A stretch of 42,995 bases of DNA from an uncultured Phycisphaerales bacterium (GCA_938084645.1 CALKEP010000017.1:1-42995); one strand, 5' to 3'. Positions 18,879 through 27,293 are shown, counted from the stretch's first letter. Notes: generated by a model not told the origin, from the letters alone. Numbers and translations: made by a program.

Positions 18879-20212
18879 AGTCGCTCTCTCGAATCAGTTC
18901 GATCGCGGCGACGCTCGCGATCGCGGCGTCGGTCTCCGGACAGTCGGCACAGATACCCGCCCCGCCGCAGTCGGAGTCGCTGCTCATCCACAACGCGACG
19001 GTGCATGCGGTCTCCGACGACCATCCCACGGCGATCGACGCCGGTTGGGTCAGGTTCGAGAATGGCCGAATCGTCTCGATGGGCGAGGGTGAACCCCCGC
19101 AGCCCGCCCGCCAGGACGCCACCGTCATCGATGCCCAGGGCCTGAGTCTGGTTCCGGGGTTCATCTCCGGCCCGAGTCAGATCGGCCTGCTCGAGGTCGA
19201 ACAGGTCAGCGCGACCGACGATCGTCGGGAGGGCGCGAGCCGGAGCCCCGAGGCCGCGGCGTGGATCGCGGTCAATCCGGACAGCGACCTCATTCCGGTC
19301 GCGCGGTCCGGCGGCGTCCTGCACACGCTCGCGATGCCGATCGGCGGGACCATTCCCGGCAGGGCCAGTGTGCTCCGCATGGATGGTTGGACGACCGAGG
19401 ATCTCGCGCTGGTTCGCGATGCGGGCGTGATCGTGAGCTGGCCCATGGCCGCGCCGATCCGCGCCTCCTGGATGCGTCGCGGCGGTGCCAGCCAGCGGCA
19501 GAGCATCGAGGCCCGACTCAAGGCCATCGACACGTGGTTCGACGACGCCGAGGCGTGGGCGGCCGCCCGAGCCGCGGACGAGACCACCCCGACCGATCTC
19601 CGGTTCGTCGCGATGCAGCCGGTCCTCGAAGGCGAACGGCCCGTGTTCATCCGCGCTGATTCCCGAGGGCAGATGGAGACCTCGCTCGCCTGGGCCGCGG
19701 CCCGCGGACTTCGCCCGGTGATCGTCGGTGGCAGCGCGTCCGCCGAGTGCATCCCCCTGCTCCAGCGAACCAACGCATCGGTCATCCTGACCCGCGTCCA
19801 TCGACTCCCGCCATCACGGCACCATGCGGTCGATCGGTCCTTCACGGTCGCGAATGCGCTCGAAGCGGCGGGCGTGCCCTTCGCGATCGGCGCCGAGGAC
19901 GAGCCCGCCCATGAACGCGAGATCGCCCACAACGCGGCGACCGCGGCGGCCCACGGTCTCTCGAAGGAAGCGGCCCTCCATGCGATCACCCGGGGCCCGG
20001 CGGAGATCATCGGCGTCGGCGATCGACTCGGATCGATCCAGTCCGGCCACAGCGCCACGTTCTTCCTGTGCGAAGGTGATCCGCTCGAAGTCGTGAACCA
20101 GCCCATGCGAGCATGGATCGACGGTCGCGAGATCGACCTCGGTGACCGACAGAAGCGGCTCTACGACAAGTATCGCGAGAAGTACCGCCAGAAGGGCATC
20201 ATCGACGGTTGA
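18875..20212 (+). CDS. Secreted amidohydrolase-family protein with degenerate metal site
   Basis: LVPGFISGPSQIGLLEV, ITRGPAEIIGV.DRLGSI..GHSATFF..GDPLE. ATGA overlap with the upstream gene; GGAGG RBS. Confidence 0.88.
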   Translation: MKSLSRISSIAATLAIAASVSGQSAQIPAPPQSESLLIHNATVHAVSDDHPTAIDAGWVRFENGRIVSMGEGEPPQPARQDATVIDAQGLSLVPGFISGPSQIGLLEVEQVSATDDRREGASRSPEAAAWIAVNPDSDLIPVARSGGVLHTLAMPIGGTIPGRASVLRMDGWTTEDLALVRDAGVIVSWPMAAPIRASWMRRGGASQRQSIEARLKAIDTWFDDAEAWAAARAADETTPTDLRFVAMQPVLEGERPVFIRADSRGQMETSLAWAAARGLRPVIVGGSASAECIPLLQRTNASVILTRVHRLPPSRHHAVDRSFTVANALEAAGVPFAIGAEDEPAHEREIAHNAATAAAHGLSKEAALHAITRGPAEIIGVGDRLGSIQSGHSATFFLCEGDPLEVVNQPMRAWIDGREIDLGDRQKRLYDKYREKYRQKGIIDG

Positions 20213-20221
20213 GTCGAACGC

Positions 20222-20692
20222 TCATTCCTTGAGCGAGACGGGGAGATCGAACCCCGTCGACTGGCTCAGGGTCGCGCCGTCCCGTCCCTGGTACGCGACG
20301 TCGATCCGCAGACGGCGACCCGCCACCACGTTGGGAAGATCGACGTCGACCAGTACGAGATAGCAGCCCGTGACCCGCTCGAAGTGCGCCATCGACATCG
20401 CACGATCGTCGAGCGAGATCCGCTTGATCACGGGATCGTCGCGCTCGCCCTCGCGGGTCACCGCGACTTCGAGCGTCCCGCATCCCTTCGATGAATCGCC
20501 GTCCGCATCGGTGAAATGAACGCGGACCTCCAGCGGCCGGCGACCGTCGTCGCCGGGTCGTCCGACCCGCGTGAGATCGGAGATCTGCATCTCCGTCGGC
20601 CACCACGGCCAGGCGAGGTCGTTTCGAACGGGTGTCTTGTTGGATGAGCATGCGCCGGCCGCGAAGACGATCAAGATCGTCGACAGGACCAT
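20222..20692 (-). CDS. Hypothetical lipoprotein
   Basis: Hydrophobic N-terminus ending AGAC; D.DGD..K..G motif. Alternative start at 20734. Confidence 0.6.
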   Translation of the reverse strand: MVLSTILIVFAAGACSSNKTPVRNDLAWPWWPTEMQISDLTRVGRPGDDGRRPLEVRVHFTDADGDSSKGCGTLEVAVTREGERDDPVIKRISLDDRAMSMAHFERVTGCYLVLVDVDLPNVVAGRRLRIDVAYQGRDGATLSQSTGFDLPVSLKE

Positions 20693-20714
20693 GGCAGCCG
20701 ATGGAAACCGAAAC

Positions 20715-21035
20715 TCAGGGACGATGCCGATCATCCAGTTCCAACTCGGTGGGGTTCCGGGGAGCCGGCGTTTCGGACGGCTTGCTCAGATCCTCGATCA
20801 ACGTGTAGTGATCGAGATTGAGGGTGGTGATCTCACCGCTGTCGAGTTCGATCTCGAGCCGGTCGAGCCAGAGACGGTCGTCCTTGGCGTGGGCGTACCA
20901 GGAGCCGGTCTGGGCCTGGCGATACCGAAGAATCCGCCCCTCGCAGGTCGTCGACCAGACGCCATTGGTCTGGGGGACCTGCTGGGTGACCCGAACGCGG
21001 GTTCCTTGATCGAGGATGGAGGACTCGAGTGCCAT
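20715..21035 (-). CDS. Small hypothetical protein, beta-rich, planctomycete type
   Basis: GTRVRVTQQ...TGSWYAHAKDDRLWLDRL...DGE...NLD; protein-like composition; same strand as its neighbours. Confidence 0.75.
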   Translation of the reverse strand: MALESSILDQGTRVRVTQQVPQTNGVWSTTCEGRILRYRQAQTGSWYAHAKDDRLWLDRLEIELDSGEITTLNLDHYTLIEDLSKPSETPAPRNPTELELDDRHRP

Positions 21036-21086
21036 GCGAACGGAAAGTATACGCGGTCCCGGACGTTCGAGACCCGGTCGGAATCC

Positions 21087-22361
21087 TCAAGCTCCGGCCC
21101 GACCGACCTCCGTGATGACGTTCGCCGGACCGAGCAGGCACCGACTGGCCTCCGCCCGCCACGACGGCCCCATCCGGGTCGAGACGACCCGGCGCACGTC
21201 GTCGGCGTCGATCCCATCGAATTCCGCGAGCAGTTCCGCGGTCGACCGGGCGTGCCCCCGGCGAAAGACGTCGAGCGCGAGCTGCCTGGCCCGTGCCGGG
21301 CCATGCTCCTGCTGCATCAGTCCTCCCGCGCGGAGTCCGACCGCGATCCGGGTCACCTCCTCGTCGGTCGGACCGGCATCGAACTCCTCCATCACCGCGG
21401 CGATCCGGTCGAGCGTCTCCCCGACGCGTTCCGGGGTCGTGCCGGCGGAGATGGTGCACGCGCCGAGCGCGAAACCCTCCGAGTACCGGGCCGACACGGA
21501 GTATGCGAGTCCACGTCGCTCACGGACGTCGAGGAACAAGCGGCTCGAGCTTCCGCCGCCAAGCACCCCGATCGCGGTTCGGAACGCGAGTTGATCGGGA
21601 TCGGAGGCGACGGGGCCGGTGAGTCCGATCCCCACGTGGACCTGCGACGTGTCCCGTTCGATCCCGAGCTCGCCTCCGATCGCGACCCCCGACGGTTCGG
21701 GCGTCGGACCGGTTCCCTGCCAGTCGCGGCATCGCTGCTCGAGCAGGTCCATCACCTGATCATGGTCCACGTCACCCGCGATCGCGAGGATCGAGCCGTT
21801 CGGCCGTGCGACCTCGTTCCAGTGGGCCCGGAGCTCGGGGACGGTCGCCGCCTCCAGATGCTCCTTCTCACCAAGACCGTGGCGGTTGAAGGGCGAGGGG
21901 AATCGGATCTCGTCGAGCCTGATCCCCGCGTAGGACGCCGGATCGTCCTCGATTCCCGCGAGTTCCTGGAGACAGAGGGACCGGACGGCGTCGAGGGCCG
22001 CTTCCGGAAATCGGGGGAGAAGGACGAGATCGACGAGCCGGTCGAGGCCGGCCAGGAGCTCGCCGCCGGCAAGGGTCGCGTTCACATGCTGGTGATAGGT
22101 GTCCGCGGTGACCGACCGTCGCATGCCGAGCCGATCGAGGACGTCGGAGAATCCGCGGCTCTCGAGATCGCCCGCGCCGCGAAGGAGGAACTCGGAGAGC
22201 AGCGTCGCCCAGCCATCACCGCGATCGACGGGGTCACAGGCGCTTCCACCCGGAACCAGCCAGGTGATGCTGGCCGAACGTTGGGCGGGGTTGCGCTCCG
22301 TGACGACCCTGAGGCCGTTGTCGAGTCGGGCGGAACGAAGGAGGCTTGTGGTCTGGGTCAT
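21087..22361 (-). CDS. M16 (insulinase/pitrilysin) family protein, non-catalytic subunit type
   Basis: LDNGLRVVTE, GSACDP, LGGGSSSRLFLDVRERRGLAYSV. HxxEH is replaced by LLSEF. Confidence 0.88.
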   Translation of the reverse strand: MTQTTSLLRSARLDNGLRVVTERNPAQRSASITWLVPGGSACDPVDRGDGWATLLSEFLLRGAGDLESRGFSDVLDRLGMRRSVTADTYHQHVNATLAGGELLAGLDRLVDLVLLPRFPEAALDAVRSLCLQELAGIEDDPASYAGIRLDEIRFPSPFNRHGLGEKEHLEAATVPELRAHWNEVARPNGSILAIAGDVDHDQVMDLLEQRCRDWQGTGPTPEPSGVAIGGELGIERDTSQVHVGIGLTGPVASDPDQLAFRTAIGVLGGGSSSRLFLDVRERRGLAYSVSARYSEGFALGACTISAGTTPERVGETLDRIAAVMEEFDAGPTDEEVTRIAVGLRAGGLMQQEHGPARARQLALDVFRRGHARSTAELLAEFDGIDADDVRRVVSTRMGPSWRAEASRCLLGPANVITEVGRAGA

Positions 22362-22587
22362 CGCCTTCGAAGGGTACCCGTGTCATCGTCGGGTCGTCGT
22401 CCGAAAACACGTTCATTCGCCGGTACGACTCGAACGATCCCTCCAATCACAGGGGCATGAACCCCATTCGGCCGGTTTCGATCGGGGATGACACAAGGCC
22501 GTTCGATGAGGGAGAGGACGTCGAGACGATCCCGCAGGATCCAGGGGCGCTCGCGACGAGACGAGAGGCTTGGAAGGACGGACGGCG

Positions 22588-23031
22588 ATGCGATCCACAC
22601 TCAACCTCCTCACGCTGCTGACGCTCGGAATCCTGATTCTCGGGGGGTGGCGGGTCTACGCCGATGCGCGGCAGGAAGATCGAATGATCTCCACCGCGCG
22701 GATCGCGAAGGAACGACTCCACTCGGAGATCCGGCTGCGCAGCGCACTCGCAGGCAGTGCCGTGACCACGCAGGGCTGGGTGCGCGACGTTCCCCTGGAA
22801 TGGTTCCATCCGGTGCCGATGAATCCATGGTTCGAATCGATGGAACGCCCGTGGATCGAGATCGCCGCGCCGGAGGATGGACGACGACGCGACCCGCGCG
22901 AGATCTCCGTGAGTCGACCCGACCAGGCCGCCTGGTGGTTCAACCCGGGGAACGGCGAAGTCCGCGCCCGCGTTCCCCAGCTCCCGACTTCGGCGGCGAC
23001 GCAGGCCCTCTACGATCTCGTCAATCAGTGA
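22588..23031 (+). CDS. Hypothetical membrane-anchored protein, pseudopilin-like
   Basis: N-terminal TM helix then an amphipathic helix; PMNPW and WWFNPGNGEVRAR segments. Confidence 0.65.
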   Translation: MRSTLNLLTLLTLGILILGGWRVYADARQEDRMISTARIAKERLHSEIRLRSALAGSAVTTQGWVRDVPLEWFHPVPMNPWFESMERPWIEIAAPEDGRRRDPREISVSRPDQAAWWFNPGNGEVRARVPQLPTSAATQALYDLVNQ

Positions 23032-23779
23032 CGCCGGAAGACGGATCGGCTCGATCGAGGGTGTCCGCGATGGCGTATCGCCCCGCGGCACGCCCGACCG
23101 CGAGCCATTTCGCGGCCCGGAGCGCACCGATCGCGAAGACGGACCGATCCATCGCTTCATGTCGGAGCACGATTCGCTCCTCGGCGCTCGCGAACACGAT
23201 CTCATGTGTTCCGACCACGTCACCTTCGCGATGCGAGACGACGTCCGCGTGATCGACCGATCGACCCCCTGCCTGAAGATCCGCAACGATGGATCGTGCG
23301 GTACCGGACGGACGATCGATCTTGTTCGAGTGATGCGTTTCGGAGATCGATACCGACCAGTCCTCCAGCGCACTCGACACCGCGCCGAGCACCATTCGGA
23401 GCGTGGCGATTCCCAGGGACGTGTTTGACGCCACAAGCACGGGAATTCGCGATTCCAATGCCTTCAGGGCGGATTCGGCGGATGCATCGAGACTCGTCAC
23501 GCACTCCAGAAGCGGCATTTCGTGCGCTTCCGCGATGCTGCAGGCGCGATGCACGCCTTCGACCGTCGATACGTCCAGCACCACGTCGAACTGGCGTTCG
23601 CGGGTTGTCGCCGGTTCCTCGCCCCGTCCGATCGGTCTCGTCACCTCGCATCCCTGGGATTCGGCATGACGAAGGATGGAAGAGCCGAGTCGACCTTCCG
23701 CACCCACCACGCAGAGTCGAACGGGGCGGATTCCCGCCTCGATCGACTCGCGAACGTTTTTTGTCAAGGTTCTTCCCAT
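23021..23779 (-). CDS. dapB: 4-hydroxy-tetrahydrodipicolinate reductase; start uncertain
   Basis: VVGAEGRLG, ASNTSLG, ETHHSNKIDRPSGTA, REGDVVGTH, HEAMDRSVFAIGA. Confidence 0.9.
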   Translation of the reverse strand: MGRTLTKNVRESIEAGIRPVRLCVVGAEGRLGSSILRHAESQGCEVTRPIGRGEEPATTRERQFDVVLDVSTVEGVHRACSIAEAHEMPLLECVTSLDASAESALKALESRIPVLVASNTSLGIATLRMVLGAVSSALEDWSVSISETHHSNKIDRPSGTARSIVADLQAGGRSVDHADVVSHREGDVVGTHEIVFASAEERIVLRHEAMDRSVFAIGALRAAKWLAVGRAAGRYAIADTLDRADPSSGVTD

Positions 23780-23792
23780 AGTCGTCCGAAGA
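23764..23792 (+). promoter_or_regulatory. Putative sigma-28 promoter of the histone-like gene
   Basis: TCAAG-N16-TCCGAAGA; same -35 and spacer as the flgM candidate; about 85 nt upstream of the start. Confidence 0.4.
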
Positions 23793-23876
23793 GGGTACAA
23801 ATTTCTTGCGAGTAGTCGTCGTTGCGCCGGCCACTCTCTCCGACACTCCGACAGCGCAACTAAAGGAGCCATGTTC

Positions 23877-24074
23877 ATGGCCAAGAAGAAGAAAAAGGCG
23901 GCCCGAAAGAAGGTCGCCAAGAAGACCACGCGTAAGAAGGCTGCCAAGAAGACCGCCAAGAAGAAGACGACCCGTAAGAAGGCCGCCAAGAAGAAGACCA
24001 CTCGCAAGAAGGCCGCCAAGAAGACTGCGAAGAAGAAGACCACTCGCAAGAAGGCCACTCGCAGGAAGCGGTGA
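23877..24074 (+). CDS. Histone H1-like / Hc2-like Lys/Arg-rich repetitive DNA-binding protein (65 aa)
   Basis: MAKKKKKAARKKVAKKTTRKKAAKKTAKKKTTRKK...; strong RBS TAAAGGAG; own terminator; synonymous variation between repeat units. Confidence 0.85.
   Translation: MAKKKKKAARKKVAKKTTRKKAAKKTAKKKTTRKKAAKKKTTRKKAAKKTAKKKTTRKKATRRKR
23921..24063 (+). repeat. Coding tandem repeat, KKTTRKKA(A/T) x4 with KKTAK or K spacers
   Basis: Units such as aagaagaccactcgcaagaaggccgcc recur with third-position changes. Confidence 0.8.
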
Positions 24075-24126
24075 TTCAGTCGGGCCTCGTTCTCGGACGA
24101 GGCCGGCCATGGACATGCATCACTCG

Positions 24127-24157
24127 ACCCGGAGCCGTCACAGGCTCCGGGTTTTTC
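24127..24157 (+). terminator. Rho-independent terminator of the histone-like gene
   Basis: ACCCGGAGCC-gtcaca-GGCTCCGGGT followed by TTTT. Confidence 0.85.
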
Positions 24158-24289
24158 ATTGACGCGAAGATCACGAAAACCCTTGCGTGAAAAGGGGATT
24201 CCGCCGCGGATCCGTCCGATTGATCGACTAGACTGCGTTCCCGAAAACCCGGCGGTGATCGACCCGCCTGCTCTGGAGGATTCCGCTCG

Positions 24290-24559
24290 ATGGCTCACAT
24301 CATCGCCGAACCGTGCATCGGCACGAAGGACACCGCCTGCGTCGAAGTCTGTCCGGTCGACTGCATTCATCCGACGACGGACGATGGCGAGAAGCACGCC
24401 GCGGCCGACCAGCTCTACATCGATCCTGACACCTGCATCGACTGCGGTCTCTGCGTCGATGAATGTCCGGTCCAGGCGATCTTCCCCGAGGAGGATCTGC
24501 CCTCGGAATGGCACAAGTACATCCAGATCAATTCGGACTGGTTCAAGAACAACGGCTGA
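24290..24559 (+). CDS. 7Fe-type ([3Fe-4S][4Fe-4S]) ferredoxin
   Basis: CIGTKDTACVEVCPVDC (C-x7-C-x3-C) and CIDCGLCVDECP; LYIDPDTC; GGAGGA RBS. Confidence 0.93.
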   Translation: MAHIIAEPCIGTKDTACVEVCPVDCIHPTTDDGEKHAAADQLYIDPDTCIDCGLCVDECPVQAIFPEEDLPSEWHKYIQINSDWFKNNG

Positions 24560-24586
24560 TCGAACCCGTTCGGAACCGGTGGAAGA

Positions 24587-24633
24587 CAACGACGGACTCC
24601 ACGATCTCTTCAGGGTCGTGGAGTTCGTCGTTG
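24587..24633 (+). terminator. 20-bp RNA hairpin downstream of the ferredoxin gene (terminator or stabiliser)
   Basis: CAACGACGGACTCCACGATC / GGTCGTGGAGTTCGTCGTTG; the two mismatches are G-U pairs only in + strand RNA; no clear U-tract. Confidence 0.6.
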
Positions 24634-25026
24634 GTGCGGACGAGACGTGGATCCATGGAACGACGATCATGACCGCGAGGTCACCTCGACGCCTGGATGC
24701 TCGCGATCCGGCCGCGATGATCGAGCGGCCGGGCGGACGTGGTCTTCAACCGACGAGCCGATGAACGAATTCGGAGGAAATCGCCCCGCAGCGCGAAGAG
24801 CGGTCGATCCCGGCGTCACACCGGTCAGAACCCGCGATCACGTTCCGGTGGCACCAAAAAATCCGAATTTTTTTTAGAATCCGCGGCGGTCGACGACAGC
24901 ACATCGGCACGTTCGATGTCTTCGGCGCGGATGACCGAGGGTCACTCGCGAAAACGAGATGCGGGCCCGATCGATGCGTGATGATTCCGGTTCGCCGGTG
25001 CGCCATCGGATCCGATTCGAAGGCAA

Positions 25027-25064
25027 ACGCCCCTGGCTCACCGTTTCCGGTGACACAGGGGCGT
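25027..25064 (-). terminator. GAAA-capped hairpin downstream of 25112..25525
   Basis: Minus strand: ACGCCCCTG-tg-TCACCG-GAAA-CGGTGA-gc-CAGGGGCGT then TTGCCTT. Confidence 0.6.
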
Positions 25065-25111
25065 CCGTCGTCGCTTCCGACCGCGAGAAGTCGTCATGGT
25101 CGACGATGAAG

Positions 25112-25525
25112 TCAGCCCGCCTTGCGATATCGGGTGGGCGCCTCTTCCTCGTCACGATCGACGCCACTCGGGGCGTCGGAGGACTCCTGCCAGTCCTCGA
25201 TCCGGGAACCCAGATTCAGTTCGCTGGACATCGTCTTCCGGTATCCGAGCCGACGCACCACTTCGAGCACGTCGGTCCAGGTCGGAAAGCTGACCTCGTT
25301 CACGCGCTTGAAGGTGTCGATGGCGTGCAGGAACATCTGCTGCTCCTGGGTCATCTCGCCTTCCTCGGCCGTGCGGACCCAGTCCGTCAGTCGACGACCC
25401 GGCCCACGACGGCGCTCGAGATTGGTTCCCGACTCCCCGGCACGTCGATCCACGCCGGTTCGACGATCGACGACGCTCCCGGTCTCGGAGGGGTCGAATT
25501 CGTGGTTTGCATCAGGGTTGGTCAT
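25112..25525 (-). CDS. Small planctomycete-type protein with DRR/ERR repeats and a helical C-terminal domain
   Basis: VVDRRTGVDRR...LERRRGPGRR...EEGEMTQEQQMFLHAIDTFKRVN...PTWTDVLEVVRRLGYRK; GGGAG RBS. Confidence 0.85.
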   Translation of the reverse strand: MTNPDANHEFDPSETGSVVDRRTGVDRRAGESGTNLERRRGPGRRLTDWVRTAEEGEMTQEQQMFLHAIDTFKRVNEVSFPTWTDVLEVVRRLGYRKTMSSELNLGSRIEDWQESSDAPSGVDRDEEEAPTRYRKAG

Positions 25526-25616
25526 CGGTTCGGCTCCCGGACTACTGGATACACTGACTTCCGAGGTTCACCCGTGGTGGACCTCGCTCGATTCGTCGCA
25601 CAACAGTTGGAATCGG

Positions 25617-26150
25617 ATGCCTTCGACCGCTGCGCCAGCCTCGACCCGTTCTCGCCCCCCCATCGAAGGTGGATCTGTGCCGTTCAGATGGACTGCGTTC
25701 GTTCTCGGACTCGTTCTCCCGGGGCTCGGGCACTTCTCCATCGGGGAACGAGGCCGCGGCGGACGCATCCTTTCGGGTTTCCTGGTGCTGTGGCTCACCG
25801 GCCTGTTGATCGGTGGCCTCGGAAGCGTTCGATCCTGGGATCCCGCCTACACCAATCCCAGCCAGGGAGGGAAGCGGAATCTCTGGTTCATCGCCCAGGC
25901 CGGGGCAGGCCCGATCGCCTTCGGATTCGCGGCCCTCGATGCCGCGTTCATCCGCGGATCGGCCCCCGAGGACCGGATCGAAATCACGCTTCACGATCAG
26001 TCGACCGGATCCGCGTATCGCCATACCGCGATCGGTCACAACGCCGACTTCGGAACGCTGTTCTGCGCCCTTGCCGGTCTGATGAATTTCGCGGTCGCCC
26101 TCGATGCCGGCAGACGTCCCGTGGCCGATCGGCGGGGAGGTGAGCGATGA
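25617..26150 (+). CDS. Membrane protein, DUF6677-like
   Basis: LVLPGLGHF..G.RGRG...; GTLFCALAGLMNFAVALDA. Family recalled, not searched. Confidence 0.7.
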   Translation: MPSTAAPASTRSRPPIEGGSVPFRWTAFVLGLVLPGLGHFSIGERGRGGRILSGFLVLWLTGLLIGGLGSVRSWDPAYTNPSQGGKRNLWFIAQAGAGPIAFGFAALDAAFIRGSAPEDRIEITLHDQSTGSAYRHTAIGHNADFGTLFCALAGLMNFAVALDAGRRPVADRRGGER

Positions 26151-26395
26151 TCCCGCTCGGCTGGACCCCCTTCCTCGAACCGCTCCCCGGCGTGCAGGCC
26201 AACTGGCTCTGGCTCCTGCCGATCCTGATCTTCGGGATCGCCATGATGTACAAGGCGGTTCGGGTGGGTGACCTCGGCCGGTACTGGCGCGAAGTCGTCG
26301 GGATGACCGTTCAGGTCCTGCTCGCGTTCCTGGGGCTGGCCGCGGCCGTGTTCATCGTGGTCCAGGGAATCGTTCCCCTGCTGCCCGCGGGTTGA
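26147..26395 (+). CDS. Small two-TM membrane protein
   Basis: PFLEPLP...WLWLLP...YKAVR; ATGA overlap with the upstream gene; GGAGG RBS. Confidence 0.75.
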   Translation: MIPLGWTPFLEPLPGVQANWLWLLPILIFGIAMMYKAVRVGDLGRYWREVVGMTVQVLLAFLGLAAAVFIVVQGIVPLLPAG

Positions 26396-26420
26396 GTCAC
26401 GGCCCGCCACGGAACCATTC

Positions 26421-27293
26421 TCACAGTCGGATCGGACGAACGTGCGTGGTCGAGAGATCGCGTCCCGTGATCCGCTCGAGCATCCCCTTCAGGCGATACC
26501 GACGGTCCTTGCGCGAGGGCTTGAAGTCCGGATCCGGTTCGAAGTCACGATTGGCGGACGTCTCGAGCCACGGGGCCATCTCCGCCGGATGCGATCCGGT
26601 GAACGGCTTCAGGATCGACGGGTCCATCGACTCGTAGGGGCTCGCGCGACGCGGCGGCTCCTGCCAGAACTCCGCGGTGCTCTCGATCTTGCGGACGTGG
26701 CTCTCGAGGCTTCGCGCCCAACCGTAGTGGTAGATCCGAGCGTTGGATTCGACGGCCTTCAGGTAGGAGAGCCTTCGCCGCCCGGAGATGTTCACGAGGT
26801 ACTGCGCATCCGACGGGACGATCACCCGTCGATCCGCCATTCGAACCAGGCGCGCCTCCCGTCGGTACCACCGCGGACCGGTGGCCACGAGATCGGGTCG
26901 GCCGTAGAAGTGGTGATACGGCATCGAGATGGCGTCGGCCCGTCCGTCGGCGTCGGCTCGAATCACCAGATCACGGAGTCCGGGGCAATCCGACTCGTGG
27001 ATCGCCTCGTCTCCCTGGAGACTCAGAACCCACCGACCCGTGCAGTTGTAGAGGGCGATCATCGTCTGCTGGCTGTAGACGAACCCCTTCGGTGCGTCGG
27101 GCGACCAGGTGGTGTCGATGATCCGGATCCGATCGTCGCCGATGGCTTCGATCCGCTCCCGGGTGCCGTCCGGCTCGGGTCCCACCGCGATGACGAACTC
27201 GTCCACCAGATGGAGGGCGGACCGGATGCTCTCGATGAACGGATAGCCGAGCGACATCCCTCGATTGATGAACGTGCACGCGCTGATCTTCAT
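26421..27293 (-). CDS. Glycosyltransferase family 2 protein
   Basis: KISACTFI.RG..LGYPFIESIRS, VDEFVIAVG, CTGRW..SLQGDE, YHHFYG, IYHYGW. Confidence 0.85.
   Translation of the reverse strand: MKISACTFINRGMSLGYPFIESIRSALHLVDEFVIAVGPEPDGTRERIEAIGDDRIRIIDTTWSPDAPKGFVYSQQTMIALYNCTGRWVLSLQGDEAIHESDCPGLRDLVIRADADGRADAISMPYHHFYGRPDLVATGPRWYRREARLVRMADRRVIVPSDAQYLVNISGRRRLSYLKAVESNARIYHYGWARSLESHVRKIESTAEFWQEPPRRASPYESMDPSILKPFTGSHPAEMAPWLETSANRDFEPDPDFKPSRKDRRYRLKGMLERITGRDLSTTHVRPIRL

Noticed and set aside
23780..24670. Long N-terminal extension of the dapB ORF with FLAAFLRVVF repeats
   Set aside because: It is the reverse complement of the Lys-rich gene and the ferredoxin; not a real fusion.
25020..25066. 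GGCAAAC followed by a stem, as in c-di-GMP-I
   Set aside because: The GAAA loop is on the opposite strand and there is no CGCAAAGC or downstream plus-strand gene; better explained as a terminator.
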